Below are positions 21,673-33,566 of a stretch of DNA of 64,000 nucleotides, one piece after another; within the stretch, counting starts at the first letter, position 1; every line of letters starts with the position of its first letter. Both the position numbers and the translations under genes were made by a program. This stretch comes from Nemertoderma westbladi (lineage: Eukaryota; Animalia; Xenacoelomorpha), in NCBI GenBank assembly GCA_032718475.1, contig JAUCBJ010006410.1:16443-80442 (forward strand), given 5' to 3'. The notes beneath the pieces were generated by a model. The model was not told the DNA's origin. It searched no databases and saw only the letters and a list, made by a program, of their open reading frames with translations.

Positions 21673-24600
21673 ATGGAAGCGGAAATCATTGAGGCTTACG
21701 ACAACGGTGACAACAATCGTTTGTCGGCTATTCTCGACCGCGCCGACACCAACGAGCTCAATAAATCCATCCGTAGACGATCAGTGAACGCCAATGACGT
21801 GGGACCCGTCCCGCTAATTCGCGCAATGCTTAGCGGTTCCTCGTACGATAAAGAATCCGGTACTAAACGCCGCATCCAAGTCATCAACTACTGCGCCACC
21901 TTACTGGACAACGGGGTCGACACCAAAGCCGCTGACGACATAGTCGCCTTCCTACTCGTTGAGATCGAGAACGTTTCATCCCGCCATCTTACCGAGCTCT
22001 GCGACTTCTACATCGAACTGGTAGGGGGCGACTGCACAAAGTTCTGCCAGAGTTTTGAACTCCTTCCGAAGATTTTGGAATCGCTGTTGCTATGCGACAC
22101 TTTGGAGTACTGCGGAGAGACGCTCAAAGGTTCCGAGTGTCGAAATAAAGTCCTGGAGAATCTCTGCGCCAAGGAATGGAACTTTAAACGTGCGGTTTTA
22201 TTAACGACTGCGTTACGCGAAACCAATCTATCAGCTAATGAGCTCAATATAGTTGAGGTCAAACTGTTTAAACTGATAACTATATTGGAGGGCGCTGCCG
22301 TCCCCAGACTGGTCTACCAACTTCTCCTTTTAGCATCTAAAGGACAGAAATCTTCCATCCTGCGGGGTTTGTTCTCCCACTTCGGAGGATCCGCTCCCCT
22401 TACTCCCCCTCTACTGGGAGTCGTCCTCCTCCACATGACCCACGCCGCCCGTCGGGACCCTGAACTCGTCGCCGAAACGCTCAAATACCTCAAGTTCTCC
22501 TCCAAGAAGGTGATCCAGTCGACCTTCAGTCTCGCCTTCGTGCTCTCCCTCTGTGAACTCCATCGTGTCGCGGACAAAATCCACGAGATTATCCGACAGT
22601 CACTCCTCCAGAGTTTCTCTGACTCGGACAAACTGTCCGGGAGTCGATTAATCCGGGAACTGATTCCCGGACTGGGGGATCCCGTCGTCGCTCTTCTAGA
22701 ACTCGTGGAACTCACCCAGGACGGATGGGAGGTTGTGGCGCCGTTGTTTCGCTTCGCCATCAACCTGTTGGAGACGTTGGCACCGCGCTGCTCTCACGAC
22801 GTCAACTCTTCCCCCACCCCCGCGGGACGTCTCCTCTCCCTCGCCAAGGACGTCGTCGTTAAACTCTTTACCTACCACGACTCGGTCCGCTCCGAGTCCC
22901 TATCCTTGGCTCTCCGTTGTTCCTTCGGCTCGGCAACCCCCCTAGTCGTCCACCACCACCTCGACCTCCTCTCCTCTATGATCCAGCACCACCCCTGCGC
23001 CATCCTCCAACGTCTCCCCCGTGTCATCGAGGCCCTCGACTACCTCACCCAACTGGCCCTCCCAGTCGCAGACCGACTGCTGCGTTCCTTGCGACCGCTA
23101 CTCACGCACAGCCCCGCCCTCAGACAGGCGCTCTTCCTCGTCCTAAAGAAAGGCACCTTCGCTAAGGAACCCGAGGCCCGGAGGGTCGCCGTCAACGGTT
23201 ACCTCCAACTCCTCCGTTATTTCAAATTGTCCGGCTCATTGCCTAGCAGCCAGTCCAGCCAGTCGTTCAGCATCAGCCAAGTCCCGGGGGTCGGTGCGCG
23301 TACTAGCGACGCCGCTAACGAGTCACTCTGCATCGAGGTGGTCGGCTGTGTCCGTCGCAGTCTCTCCCAGCAGCCGCTAGTCCGGGTCCACATCTACAAC
23401 CACATATACGACGTCCTCCTATCCAACTCCCAACTATCCTCGACCCTCGTCACTATACTCCACCAACACGTCGTTAAGTACCTCAACGAAGAGGCCACCA
23501 CGATCTTAGTAGACCGCGGTATCGAAGACGACGTTGTGAAGGATCCACTAGGGCGACTCGTCCACGCTCTCGGCTCCTGTACGCTACTCGCTAAACGCTT
23601 CAACGGAGGAAACGATTTATTCAACGAGTTTGAAGACGAGGACGCTGCTGTTAGTAAGGTGGAGGTTCTATTGGGAACCCTTACAGAACATTTCAGCGAG
23701 TTTAGTATAGAGGGCGATGAGGCCAAACTGGTGCTGGAGAATAAACTTGGTGTCGCTGAGCTGTGCAACGTGATGGAAAGTTTGATTGAGTTTCAGTTCA
23801 TCTCCGATCCCTACAGCGACGAACGTTGTAAACGAGTTGCCAGGTTGTTCTCAAGTTTAACCGCCGTTTCCGAGAAATTATCGGATACCACCAGCAGACG
23901 GAAGACGCAGTCGATAGCTAGAAGCAGCTTGTTGACTTTGCGTTGCGTGTCTACCATCCTTCAGAGTCTCTTCGTTGTACCCGGCCATGAAGACGCCCTC
24001 GATGTGCTGCGAAAGAATTTCGAATTCGTAAAATACGTCATTAACGTTGGTCTTCAACACCTTCAGCATATTCTCGCCCATGGCTTCCTCGAGGGACCAG
24101 AAGGTCGCAACAAACCCAAGTTGTTCGACCACATTGGGGATATCGGTAGAGCGTTGTACAAGATCGTGGATAAGGGCGAGGCCGGAAGATCCGAGAAGGG
24201 GAAGAAATCCATTGTGGATCTCTCCATCGAGGGTTTGTGTGTGATTGTCGAAATCGTAACCAAACAGCACAGTAAAGACGATCTATATAAACTGGTGGTC
24301 GCTATAGACGACAATGTAGACGATGTTACAGAGGAGAGTTTGCATCTCCATGTGGAACATTGCGAGGAATTGTTTAAAAGGTGTTTGGGATCAAGTGGAG
24401 GGGAACGGAGAGGAATTAATTGGATCCAGATGGTCGGTCGCTATTCCGTTCCGTACTCCCCTGATTCTCCTCTGCTTCAGCGGCTTCAGCAGTGGCTGCT
24501 ACATCTCGTGGAATCCGAGGATATTTCGGATATTCAACTGATTAAGTTTATCTTTTGTTTGCTGTTTCAGTTACAATGGCGCTGTTCGTCGTCCATTGTT

Positions 24601-25719
24601 CTCCTCAGGGAAGTGGCTGAAGAGATTCACAGCAACCTAGGCGACATCGATGAAGACGTTACCATAGAGGAAGTTAGCCGATTTAAGATGATATCAATGC
24701 GCTCCGCCGCTCCCACCGTATTGGTTTCGTTAACTTCCCATCTCGAGGTCATCCTCGACCACCTAGACTGGCTGGTTAACTATCTGAAGTCTCGAGTTGT
24801 GGTTAAATCGAATCTAGTTGATACGGAAGACGATGAAGAGGAAACCTTAGAGCTCCGTGCTAAGGTTGAACTAGAGGTATCGCACTGCCTATCGATGGTA
24901 GTAAACGTTATGTGCCAGGTGCTACAGAGTGCCTTACCGGCAGGTACTTCGGTAGACGGAGTATTTAAATGCGTCACCAAGTTGTGCAACACGCTGACCT
25001 TGTTAATCAAATACAACATCCATATGGTCCAAGTAACAGGAGTGAAACTCTATGTGACCTCGGTTCATCTGAAGAAGTTGATAAAGCTGACGGGGGCGCA
25101 GTTGCAACCGTGTTCCTACGGGTTCATAATCTACGTGCAATCGGTGCAGACCGAGCAGTTGAAAGTTAGCGAAGCGAAGGAAGCCAAGAAGAAAGGTGTG
25201 GCGGTGATCGGGAAGAAATCCGCTAAATCCGCTGGTCTCCAGGAACCGGCGAAGCAGAGGGTGCTCAAGGAGACCCGACCAATCCCTAATCTAGTGTTCG
25301 CCATAGAGCAGTACGAGCGGTTCCTTATCGAGTTCGGCCGGAAGATTAAGTTCGACTTTATGGCCGGTTTCAAACGCAGTACGTCACGCGATTTCCGAAT
25401 TAATTTGGCGAATATTAATTTGGACGAAAGTCGCGTGGAATCTGAGCCGGAAGAGGACGAGAGTGTGGTTACTGGGATTGAGTTAGAGGATATAGAACCA
25501 GCGACTAACGGGGTGGAAGGTCCATCTAACGTAGATGATGTTGTTGGCCCTCCCTCTTCCAAAGAATCGGCCCCGGCGGCCAGGGTTTCCTTTCGACTTA
25601 GCGGTAAACGCCCGACTCCTAGCGGCTCCAACGCGAATCCGGGAACCTCCAACCAATTGCAGACGCAACCGCCGCCTAAAGTTCGCAAATCTTTAGGAGC
25701 TCGGAGGAATATAAAATAA
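21673..25719 (+). CDS. FANCI: Fanconi anemia group I protein, single uninterrupted ORF (~1348 aa)
   Basis: Ubiquitination-site region VLKKGTFAKEPEARRVAVNGYLQLL; SQ cluster SSQSSQSFSISQV; C-terminal RVLKETRPIPNLVFAIEQYERFLI and STSRDFRI. First ATG at 21673. Confidence 0.96.
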   Translation: MEAEIIEAYDNGDNNRLSAILDRADTNELNKSIRRRSVNANDVGPVPLIRAMLSGSSYDKESGTKRRIQVINYCATLLDNGVDTKAADDIVAFLLVEIENVSSRHLTELCDFYIELVGGDCTKFCQSFELLPKILESLLLCDTLEYCGETLKGSECRNKVLENLCAKEWNFKRAVLLTTALRETNLSANELNIVEVKLFKLITILEGAAVPRLVYQLLLLASKGQKSSILRGLFSHFGGSAPLTPPLLGVVLLHMTHAARRDPELVAETLKYLKFSSKKVIQSTFSLAFVLSLCELHRVADKIHEIIRQSLLQSFSDSDKLSGSRLIRELIPGLGDPVVALLELVELTQDGWEVVAPLFRFAINLLETLAPRCSHDVNSSPTPAGRLLSLAKDVVVKLFTYHDSVRSESLSLALRCSFGSATPLVVHHHLDLLSSMIQHHPCAILQRLPRVIEALDYLTQLALPVADRLLRSLRPLLTHSPALRQALFLVLKKGTFAKEPEARRVAVNGYLQLLRYFKLSGSLPSSQSSQSFSISQVPGVGARTSDAANESLCIEVVGCVRRSLSQQPLVRVHIYNHIYDVLLSNSQLSSTLVTILHQHVVKYLNEEATTILVDRGIEDDVVKDPLGRLVHALGSCTLLAKRFNGGNDLFNEFEDEDAAVSKVEVLLGTLTEHFSEFSIEGDEAKLVLENKLGVAELCNVMESLIEFQFISDPYSDERCKRVARLFSSLTAVSEKLSDTTSRRKTQSIARSSLLTLRCVSTILQSLFVVPGHEDALDVLRKNFEFVKYVINVGLQHLQHILAHGFLEGPEGRNKPKLFDHIGDIGRALYKIVDKGEAGRSEKGKKSIVDLSIEGLCVIVEIVTKQHSKDDLYKLVVAIDDNVDDVTEESLHLHVEHCEELFKRCLGSSGGERRGINWIQMVGRYSVPYSPDSPLLQRLQQWLLHLVESEDISDIQLIKFIFCLLFQLQWRCSSSIVLLREVAEEIHSNLGDIDEDVTIEEVSRFKMISMRSAAPTVLVSLTSHLEVILDHLDWLVNYLKSRVVVKSNLVDTEDDEEETLELRAKVELEVSHCLSMVVNVMCQVLQSALPAGTSVDGVFKCVTKLCNTLTLLIKYNIHMVQVTGVKLYVTSVHLKKLIKLTGAQLQPCSYGFIIYVQSVQTEQLKVSEAKEAKKKGVAVIGKKSAKSAGLQEPAKQRVLKETRPIPNLVFAIEQYERFLIEFGRKIKFDFMAGFKRSTSRDFRINLANINLDESRVESEPEEDESVVTGIELEDIEPATNGVEGPSNVDDVVGPPSSKESAPAARVSFRLSGKRPTPSGSNANPGTSNQLQTQPPPKVRKSLGARRNIK

Positions 25720-27023
25720 GCTTTGTGTTACTCTTACTATCACATACGTATTAGAGTTATTCCGCTTAAACTAGATTATAAATAGTTAAATCAACTTTTA
25801 TCTAAAACCTTAACGAATAAACTTATTTAATAATAATAAGATTCATCTTGTTTCTTTTCGTAACTAATTATACTAAAAGTCATACTGAGATATTATACAA
25901 TGATGTAGCTATTACTTATATTGTTGTATTATTACCATGTAGTATTAGAGATGGTATAGATTGAGACTGTTTCTTTACATCCGTATTTTTAACAGTGTAA
26001 TATTTCGAATCAAAACTCAAACTATAACTATGCAATAATTTATTAACAGTGCTTTGTTTTCTAAACTATTCAATACATTAGCAGTGTTTTACCTTCAATT
26101 TTATATCCTATTAACACTAATTTATTCTTAAATTGGTACTCCTATGTCCCGATTATACGCCAACAGAACAATAAACTATTTAGTATCTGTACAAAAAACC
26201 TGGTATTCTTCACAGTTCACATGAAATAATGGCGTAAATAATGGTAGCCTATTTTATAAATTTTTATTTGTAAATAATATTATTTTGAAATAATTATTAA
26301 AAGTATCAATTGAAGACTAAATTATGAATTGGGTTCAATCTTATAACTTTTTTACAATGCTCGATTTATTTTATTTACCGGGCCCCATCGGGGAAATAAA
26401 GAGTAGAGAACATAGTGATAAACTTTGTTCCCTTGTAATAAATAATTATTAGAGTAACGATAATATTTTATATTTATTGCAATATTGTTTGTCGGGCCCC
26501 AGTGTAATAGTGTCATTTATAAGTATCTGGTAAATCACTAACGAACGGTTTCATTATATATTTTATAGTTTTACATTGATTATGTTTCAGTGAGACGGGG
26601 GGGGGGGGGGTTGATTTAAATCCTTTCTCAGCAAATTTATATTATTTGCGTCTATTTTCCCATTGTGATTTATGTTGAAAGCGTCAGCCCATCCCCTATT
26701 TTTGGAATAGGTATCTTCAGAAAATTTCAGAAAAAAACAGGAAAAAAAACAGGCAGTGAACCTGAACATACTGTGTAACATTATTCATTTCCTAGGCGGC
26801 TTATTTAGACCCACGATAGATGGGACACTATTAAACTAAAATAAATATTTTAAACATAATCTTACAGGTTAGTCACTCAATTTTAGTTTCCCCTGACGTT
26901 TTAAAAAAATTCCCTGACCGCATAGGTACGCTACATTTGTATAGCTACTTTCTTATTCAGGCCTGTTTTATTATGCCTACATTCCAGAAAAGTTAAATGA
27001 GTCATTTTAATATCAATATATCG

Positions 27024-27073
27024 GTCCCCAGGATTAGAACTATCGGCCTTCCGACAGTTTTAATCCTGGGGAC
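27024..27073. repeat. 50-bp hairpin (palindrome)
   Basis: GTCCCCAGGATTAGAACTATCGG...CCGACAGTTTTAATCCTGGGGAC. Confidence 0.85.
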
Positions 27074-27084
27074 TTAGAACCGCC

Positions 27085-27684
27085 AGACTACCTCACCGCT
27101 TTCAACCAAAGACCTTGAAACTACCTCGCCGCTTTCAACCATGTACCTTGAGACTACCTCGCCGCTTTCAACCAAGACTACCTCACCGCTTTCAACCAAA
27201 GACCTTGAAACTACCTCGCCGCTTTCAACCATGTACCTTGAAACTACCTCGCCGCTGTCAACCATGTACCTTGAGGAAACTACCTCGCCGCTTTCAACCA
27301 TGTACCTTGAGAATACCTCGCCGCTTTCAACCATGTACCTTGAGAATACCTCGCCGCTTTCAACCATGTACCTTGAGACTACCTCGCCGCTTTCAACCAA
27401 AGACCTTGAAACTACCTCGCCGCTTTCAACCATGTACCTTGAGAATACCTCGCCGCTTTCAACCATGTACCTTGAGACTACCTCGCCGCTTTCAACCATG
27501 TACTTTGAGACTACCTCGCCGCTTTCAACCATGTACCTTGAGACTACCTCACCGCTTTCAACCATGTACCTTGAGACTACCTCGCCGCTTTCAACCATGT
27601 ACCTTGAGACTACCTCGCCGCTTTCAACCCTTGCGTACCTTGAGACTACCTCGCCGCTTTCAACCCTTGCAGGACCTTGAGACT
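27085..27684. repeat. 33-bp minisatellite, roughly 18 copies
   Basis: Unit CCTTGAGACTACCTCGCCGCTTTCAACCATGTA. Confidence 0.95.
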
Positions 27685-29294
27685 ATTCGTGTTGGAAGGA
27701 AATGAAATGGCGAGGAGAGAAGATTTTACACAGATGTCCTGCATATATACCAAATTCCCTGACTTTGACATTTTTTACATGAATCAACGAAATTTCAAGA
27801 AAATGTTAAATTCCCTGAATATTCCAGTAAGTATCAATGGCATGTGACCTGTACTTCATAAGATTAGAGTGCGAGGCGTTTTAACATTGTTTTACGGCGA
27901 ATAATGTGTAGGGCAACTATTAAAGGAAGGAATAGAAGGATTGCGATATAGGTTAAAATAACAACTAAACAATAATATTCTTCAATCATAACCTGGCCAG
28001 ATTCCCAAAGTGCCATAAAGCAGGACACCAAGTTGAGCCCTGTGCGATTTGATGAAAATTGAAAAATACAAAAAAATTATACACCATTTAATAAGTAAAT
28101 TAATTAATAAGTAATCTGTTGAAGGCCACCAAATACATTACGAAAGCGCAATCAAGGCATGGTGGGGGACGTGAGTAATATGTTTCAATGTTTGTCCTAG
28201 GAAATTTCCGGAAATGTATACTTACGAAAAACTGTACCTACATACTTCAGCCGGCGGAGTGAAAACAAACCTATCAAAGAGCGGATAGTAATTACAGAAA
28301 ATAGAAAAAGAACTGAAATATGTATAATTAATGTGATAAGTTTATGTTAGGTTATAATTTATACTATAATATATATATCCGCTGAGGGCCAGAAATGGTA
28401 ATAGATTGTAATTAATATTAAATAAAAAATAAGTAATATTTATATTCCTACAGTACAACCAATATATTTAAACACCAACAAAAAGTGAATCAATTAAACG
28501 GTTGTATTATATTTGTGGGGCGAGACACGTATGGCGAGCCATCAGCGAACTGATATAATTATACTATGGCCGTTTCTCAAAAGTCTGTATGTGTGTGTGT
28601 GGGGGTGTGTGTGTGTGTGTAGGTGTGTGTGTGTGTGTCGGAAGCCATAAATGTCGGAAGCCATAATCGAAGTTAATATCTTCAGGTAAATTGCATGGTT
28701 GAGTCATTTTGAACGGTCTCTCCATGAAAATTAATTGTTTAGCACCATACGATTAAAGTTATTTTGCACAGAAATTAGATATCTGGAATCCACGTACCCC
28801 ATTCCATTATAGTTTTTTATTTTCTCAAGTGATTTGCGTTAATAAATGTATTTTTAATTGATTTAAACATAATTAACATTGTAAATTCATACCCTGATTC
28901 CATTCTCCCCCATAGAGCCTAAGGCATGGCAATGGCAGCCGTGCCCAATAATATTTCTTTAAGTTCTACATTACTAACATGGCAAGCTAAAGTCATTGAC
29001 CAAGCCAGTGCCTAGGCTAGTACACAAGGACATAGTAGTCCAGTAGAAGGAATAGTGCTCCTTCAATACATCTCAACAGACATCAATTCATTCGCCTGTG
29101 CCTACCAACGCGTGCTCCATAACATAACATATATTCTTGATTTCCAATCACCTCTCACCACAATTATTATTAGTAATTAAAAGTTTCAATTCGGTTTGTC
29201 GTTCCGTTATCTGGTTATTCAGTTATTGCATTATTAATAAATAAATGTTTTAAAATATATCTTACGAAATATGGTTAATAATTAAAACTTGTCG

Positions 29295-29829
29295 CTAACA
29301 TTCTCACTATGGGGGTTTTAAGGAGTGCTGATTACATTTCTGATGTCAGTTTTCACGTTTACATAAATCTAGTCTGTCTGTCTGTCGGTCATTCTGTCAG
29401 TCAGTCTGTCAAAACATAAAAGAGAATTCAAATTAACTAACATTCTCGCTATGGGGGTTTTAAGGGGTGCTGATTTCATTTCTGATGTCAGTTTTCAGGT
29501 TTACATAAATCTAGTCTGTCTGTTTGTCGGTCTTTCTGTCAGTCAGTCAGTCTGTCAAAACTTAAAAAAGAATACAAACTAACTAACATTCTCGTTATGG
29601 GGGTATTAATGGGTGCTAATTTTATTTCAGATGTCAGTTTTCACGTTTAAAAAAATATAGTCTGTCTGGCTGTCGGTCTTTCTGTCAGTCAGTCTGTGAA
29701 AACTTAAGAAAGTATACTAACTAACCAACATTCTCGCAATGGGGGTTTAAGGGTTGCTGATTTCATTTCTGATGTCAGTTTACACGTTTACATAAATCTA
29801 GTCTGTCTGTCGGTCTCTCTGTCAGTCTG
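29295..29829. repeat. ~143-bp tandem repeat, about 4 copies, with (GTCT)n tracts; DINE-1/Helentron-associated-like
   Basis: AACATTCTCGCTATGGGGG-type starts near 29295, 29437, 29583 and 29725. The family assignment is an inference. Confidence 0.85.
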
Positions 29830-30007
29830 AACTACTGTACTGTGGTTGGCATTACGCCATATACCTAACACTAATAAATACAGTCTACAATACAGCCTAT
29901 CTACAGTACAGAATGGATTTTTTGCCACGAAGAGCAATAAATGTCATTAATACTATCCACCAGTATACCTACTCCAAGAGCCTTCCAATAAAACATGTAT
30001 TCCAGCA

Positions 30008-30061
30008 TGACGTCCACTGCACGTCTTCGTGTTGACCATGGTGACGTGCAGTGGACGTCAT
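30008..30061. repeat. Hairpin next to a piggyBac-like end (GGGG|TTAA)
   Basis: ATGACGTCCACTGCACGTC...GACGTGCAGTGGACGTCAT followed by AGGCTCTAAGGGGTTAA. Confidence 0.7.
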
Positions 30062-30879
30062 AGGCTCTAAGGGGTTAAGCAACACGGTCCCTACTTCGCC
30101 CTGTCGACACCCCAGCCATTTTCACCAATCCTTTTTTAGAGTTTTTTAATTTTTTTGGTATTGGTGAAAGTTCTACAGCATTAGTAGATATGTGTTTTAT
30201 GATAGCTAGTGTTTTTTTGCTAGCTAGTATTTTTTGAAATTATAAAAAATGTGAAAGTCCATGATATTTCAGGTTAAACTGTTGAAGAATATATTAATGA
30301 CCAAAATAATTTCCAAAAATTACTAGCTAGTAAAAAATACTAGCTATATACAATTGAAAATCTACTAAGGTTCTAGAATATTCACTAATATAAAAAAAAA
30401 GCACTCAAAATCACAAAAAATAAAGGTTAAAAAACTCATTCGGGACCCCTTTTGCTTAAGGAGTCAAAATTGTAGAACAAATTCCCGAAGTCTGCGACGT
30501 TTGCGAAATTCGCGAAGAATCCGTCAGTTTCTGTGCCCTAATGGTTTCGTGACGAAACAATCAAATCTTACACACTTAACACACACGAACTAATTTAATG
30601 TGTGTATTAGTATGCATGAATCATTAAATATAAATTAAATTAATGAACGCTATTTCAACATGAAATCTACGGAATCAATACACAACACACGCACACTACT
30701 GAATTTAAAAATTTATATAGATTGCAACTTATATTTGGCTACCTTTTAGGCCTAATGGGTGACTAATTTAATTATTCACCCCTATATATTTGTAGCCTTT
30801 TTAATTTGTGCCTCTAATTGAATCAAACATTAAACTAAAATATATGTCACAATATTGGTCTGTCGGTAGCTGGTCAATG

Positions 30880-31650
30880 AATCTCTCATAAATTTGTTAA
30901 TTAGTCGCTGCTCAGTCATTGAACCTTTGAACACGTGCTGCTCGAAGACCCCACAACGTGTTTTATTGCCAGCAACTCAGGCTAGTCCCGATTCCACACC
31001 TACATCTGTCAAAGTTGAACCAATCCGAGTTAGTTTACCATACATAGGATCGTTGTTTCAACAAAGTCTTGTAAACAAGCCAATATTATACTTAGTTAGT
31101 AAAACTGCTCAGAGTATCTCAAGTAGGGCTTCTTAGACTCTGTTCTTAGACTAATTCCCTTGTTTATACTCATGGTTAATTACCCACACTTCGGCTAGCA
31201 CACTCCTCATCATACTCTTTTAATTACCATCTCCCCAGTTGTGACGTTTGATATATTGCTCACAACAAATATCAAATGAGAAACCTGAGAATCATCTATC
31301 AGAAACGTTTTCTGAATTATTCTCAATTATTTTCTAAATAATTATTTTTGAAAATTGAGCAAATATTGTGAAATTTCAACAATACACCAATTAATCATTT
31401 GAATTTTATTTTTTTCTCCCATGTATTTAGTTTCCTACGTAAGAAATACCGATACACGTCCTTCAGAGGTACACCCTGGTGGGGTCGAAAAATCGGCTAC
31501 TGATTGACAGGAACAAAAGATAGAGTTGAAGGAAGGACCAACTAAAGAAATGTGAAACACTAAAGATTAAAACAACAATGAGCGCGCACTCACTCTGAAA
31601 GCTCATAGTAAACTGGGTGACATCTGGCATGGTAGCTTAGGAAACGGCAA
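30880..31650 (+). mobile_element. Highly degenerate LINE 3' remnant
   Basis: VEPIRVSLPYIGS resembles the RT-thumb VxxFxYLGS motif; many stops. Confidence 0.3.
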
Positions 31651-31889
31651 TAAGGTCTTGCAGCTGCAGGATCTAATTTCGTAATTACTCTATTCTATTA
31701 GCTATTAATTGGCAAATGATAGTTTGTTGGTTAGTTACTGATCGCAAATACTTTGAGTGAATGACTTATTTGCATTAGATCATTATAAGCACTTTTATAT
31801 GCTTGATGTAACTCAGTACACTTTGCTTTTAACTTGGGATCTAAGTTCATTTCGCGACTAGCATGATGATTACCACAGGCTTTTAAATA

Positions 31890-33566
31890 GCATAAAGTGA
31901 GATCTAAGTTCACCTAGTTAGGATCTAAGTTCACGTAGTTAGGATCTAAGTTCACCTAGTTAGGATCTAAGTTCACATCGTTAGGATCTAAGTTCACCCA
32001 GATAGGATCTAAGTTCACCTAGTTAGGATCTAAGTTCACCTAGTTAGGATCTAAGTTCACCTAGTTAGGATCTGAGATCACCTAGTTAGGATAAGTGCAA
32101 CTAGTTAGGATCTAAGTTCACCTAGTTAGGATCTAAGTTCACCTAGTTAGGATCTAAGTTCACCTAGTTAGGATCTAAGTTCACCTAGTTAGGATCTAAA
32201 TTCACCTAGTTAGGATCTAAGTTCACCCAGATAGGATCTAAGCTCACCAAGTTAGGATCTAAGTTCACCCAGATAGGATCTAAGTTCACCTAGTTAGGAT
32301 CTAAGTTCACCTAGTTAGGATCTAAGTTCACCTCGTTAGGATCTAAGTTCACCTCGTTAGGATCTAAGTTCACCTAGTTAGGATCTAAGTTCATCTAGTT
32401 AGGATCTAAGTTCACCCAGTTAGGATCTAAGTTCACCTAGTTAGGATCTAAGTTCACCTAGTTAGGATCTAAGTTCACCTAGTTAGGATCTAAGTTCACC
32501 TAGTTAGGATCTAAGTTCACCCAGATAGGATCTAAATTCACCAAGTTAGGATCTAAGATCACCTAGTTAGGATCTAAGTTCATCTAGTTACGATCTAAGT
32601 TCACCCAGATAGGATCTAAGTTCACCAAGTTAGGATCTAAATTCACCTAGTTAGAATCTAAGTTAACCTAGTTAGGATCTAAGTTCACCTAGTTAGGATC
32701 TAAGTTCACCTAGTTAGGATCTAAGATCACCTAGTTAGGATCTAAGTTCACCTAGTTAGGATCTAAGTTCACCTAGTTAGGATCTAAGTTCACCTAGTTA
32801 GGATCTAAGTTCACCTAGTTAGGATCTAAGTTCACCTAGTTAGGATCTAAGTTCACCCAGATAGGATCTAAGTTCACCAAGTTAGGATCTAAGTTCACCT
32901 AGTTAGGATCTAAGATCACCTAGTTAGGATCTAAGTTCACCTCGTTAGGATCTAAGTTCACCAAGTTAGGATCTAAGTTCACCCAGGTAGGATCTAAGTT
33001 CACCTACTTAGGATCTAAGTTCACCCAGATAGGATCTAAATTCACCAAGTTAGGATCTAAGTTCACCTAGTTAGGATCTAAGTTCATCTAGTTAGGATCT
33101 AAGTTCACCCAGATAGGATCTAAATTCACCAAGTTAGGATCTAAGTTCACCTAGTTAGGATCTAAGTTCATCTAGTTAGGATCTAAGTTCACCTTAGTTA
33201 GGATCTAAGTTCACCTAGTTTAGGATCTAAGTTCACCTAGTTAGGATCTAAGTTCACCTTGTTAGGATCTAAGTTCACTTAGTAAGGATCTAAGTTCACC
33301 CAGATAGGATCTAAATTCACCAAGTTAGGATCTAAGTTCACCTAGTTAGGATCTAAGTTCATCTAGTTAGGATCTAAGTTCACCCAGATAGGATCTAAGT
33401 TCACCAGCTAGGATCTATGTTCGCATGTAGGACCTAAGTTCGCAAAGATCTAAGTCAAAGTCAGGCCCTGCAGGATCTAAGTTCACCAGATAGGATCTAT
33501 GTTCGCATGTAGGACCTAAGTTCGCAAAGATCTAAGTCAAAGTCAGCCCCTGCAGGATCTAAGTTC
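31890..33566. repeat. 21-bp satellite array, roughly 70 copies
   Basis: Unit CTAGTTAGGATCTAAGTTCAC with recurrent variants (CCAGATAGG, CAAGTTAGG); a longer duplicated unit at the right edge. Confidence 0.97.

Noticed and set aside
21696-25688. Many antisense and alternate-frame ORFs within FANCI (likewise within the other CDSs)
   Set aside because: Expected shadows of long GC-rich coding sequence.
27074-27705. Three repetitive ORFs (174-196 aa)
   Set aside because: By-products of a stop-free 33-bp tandem repeat; no independent sign of a gene.
31890-33420. Telomeric repeat, because the unit contains TTAGG
   Set aside because: TTAGG occurs once per 21-bp unit and not as a tandem telomeric array.
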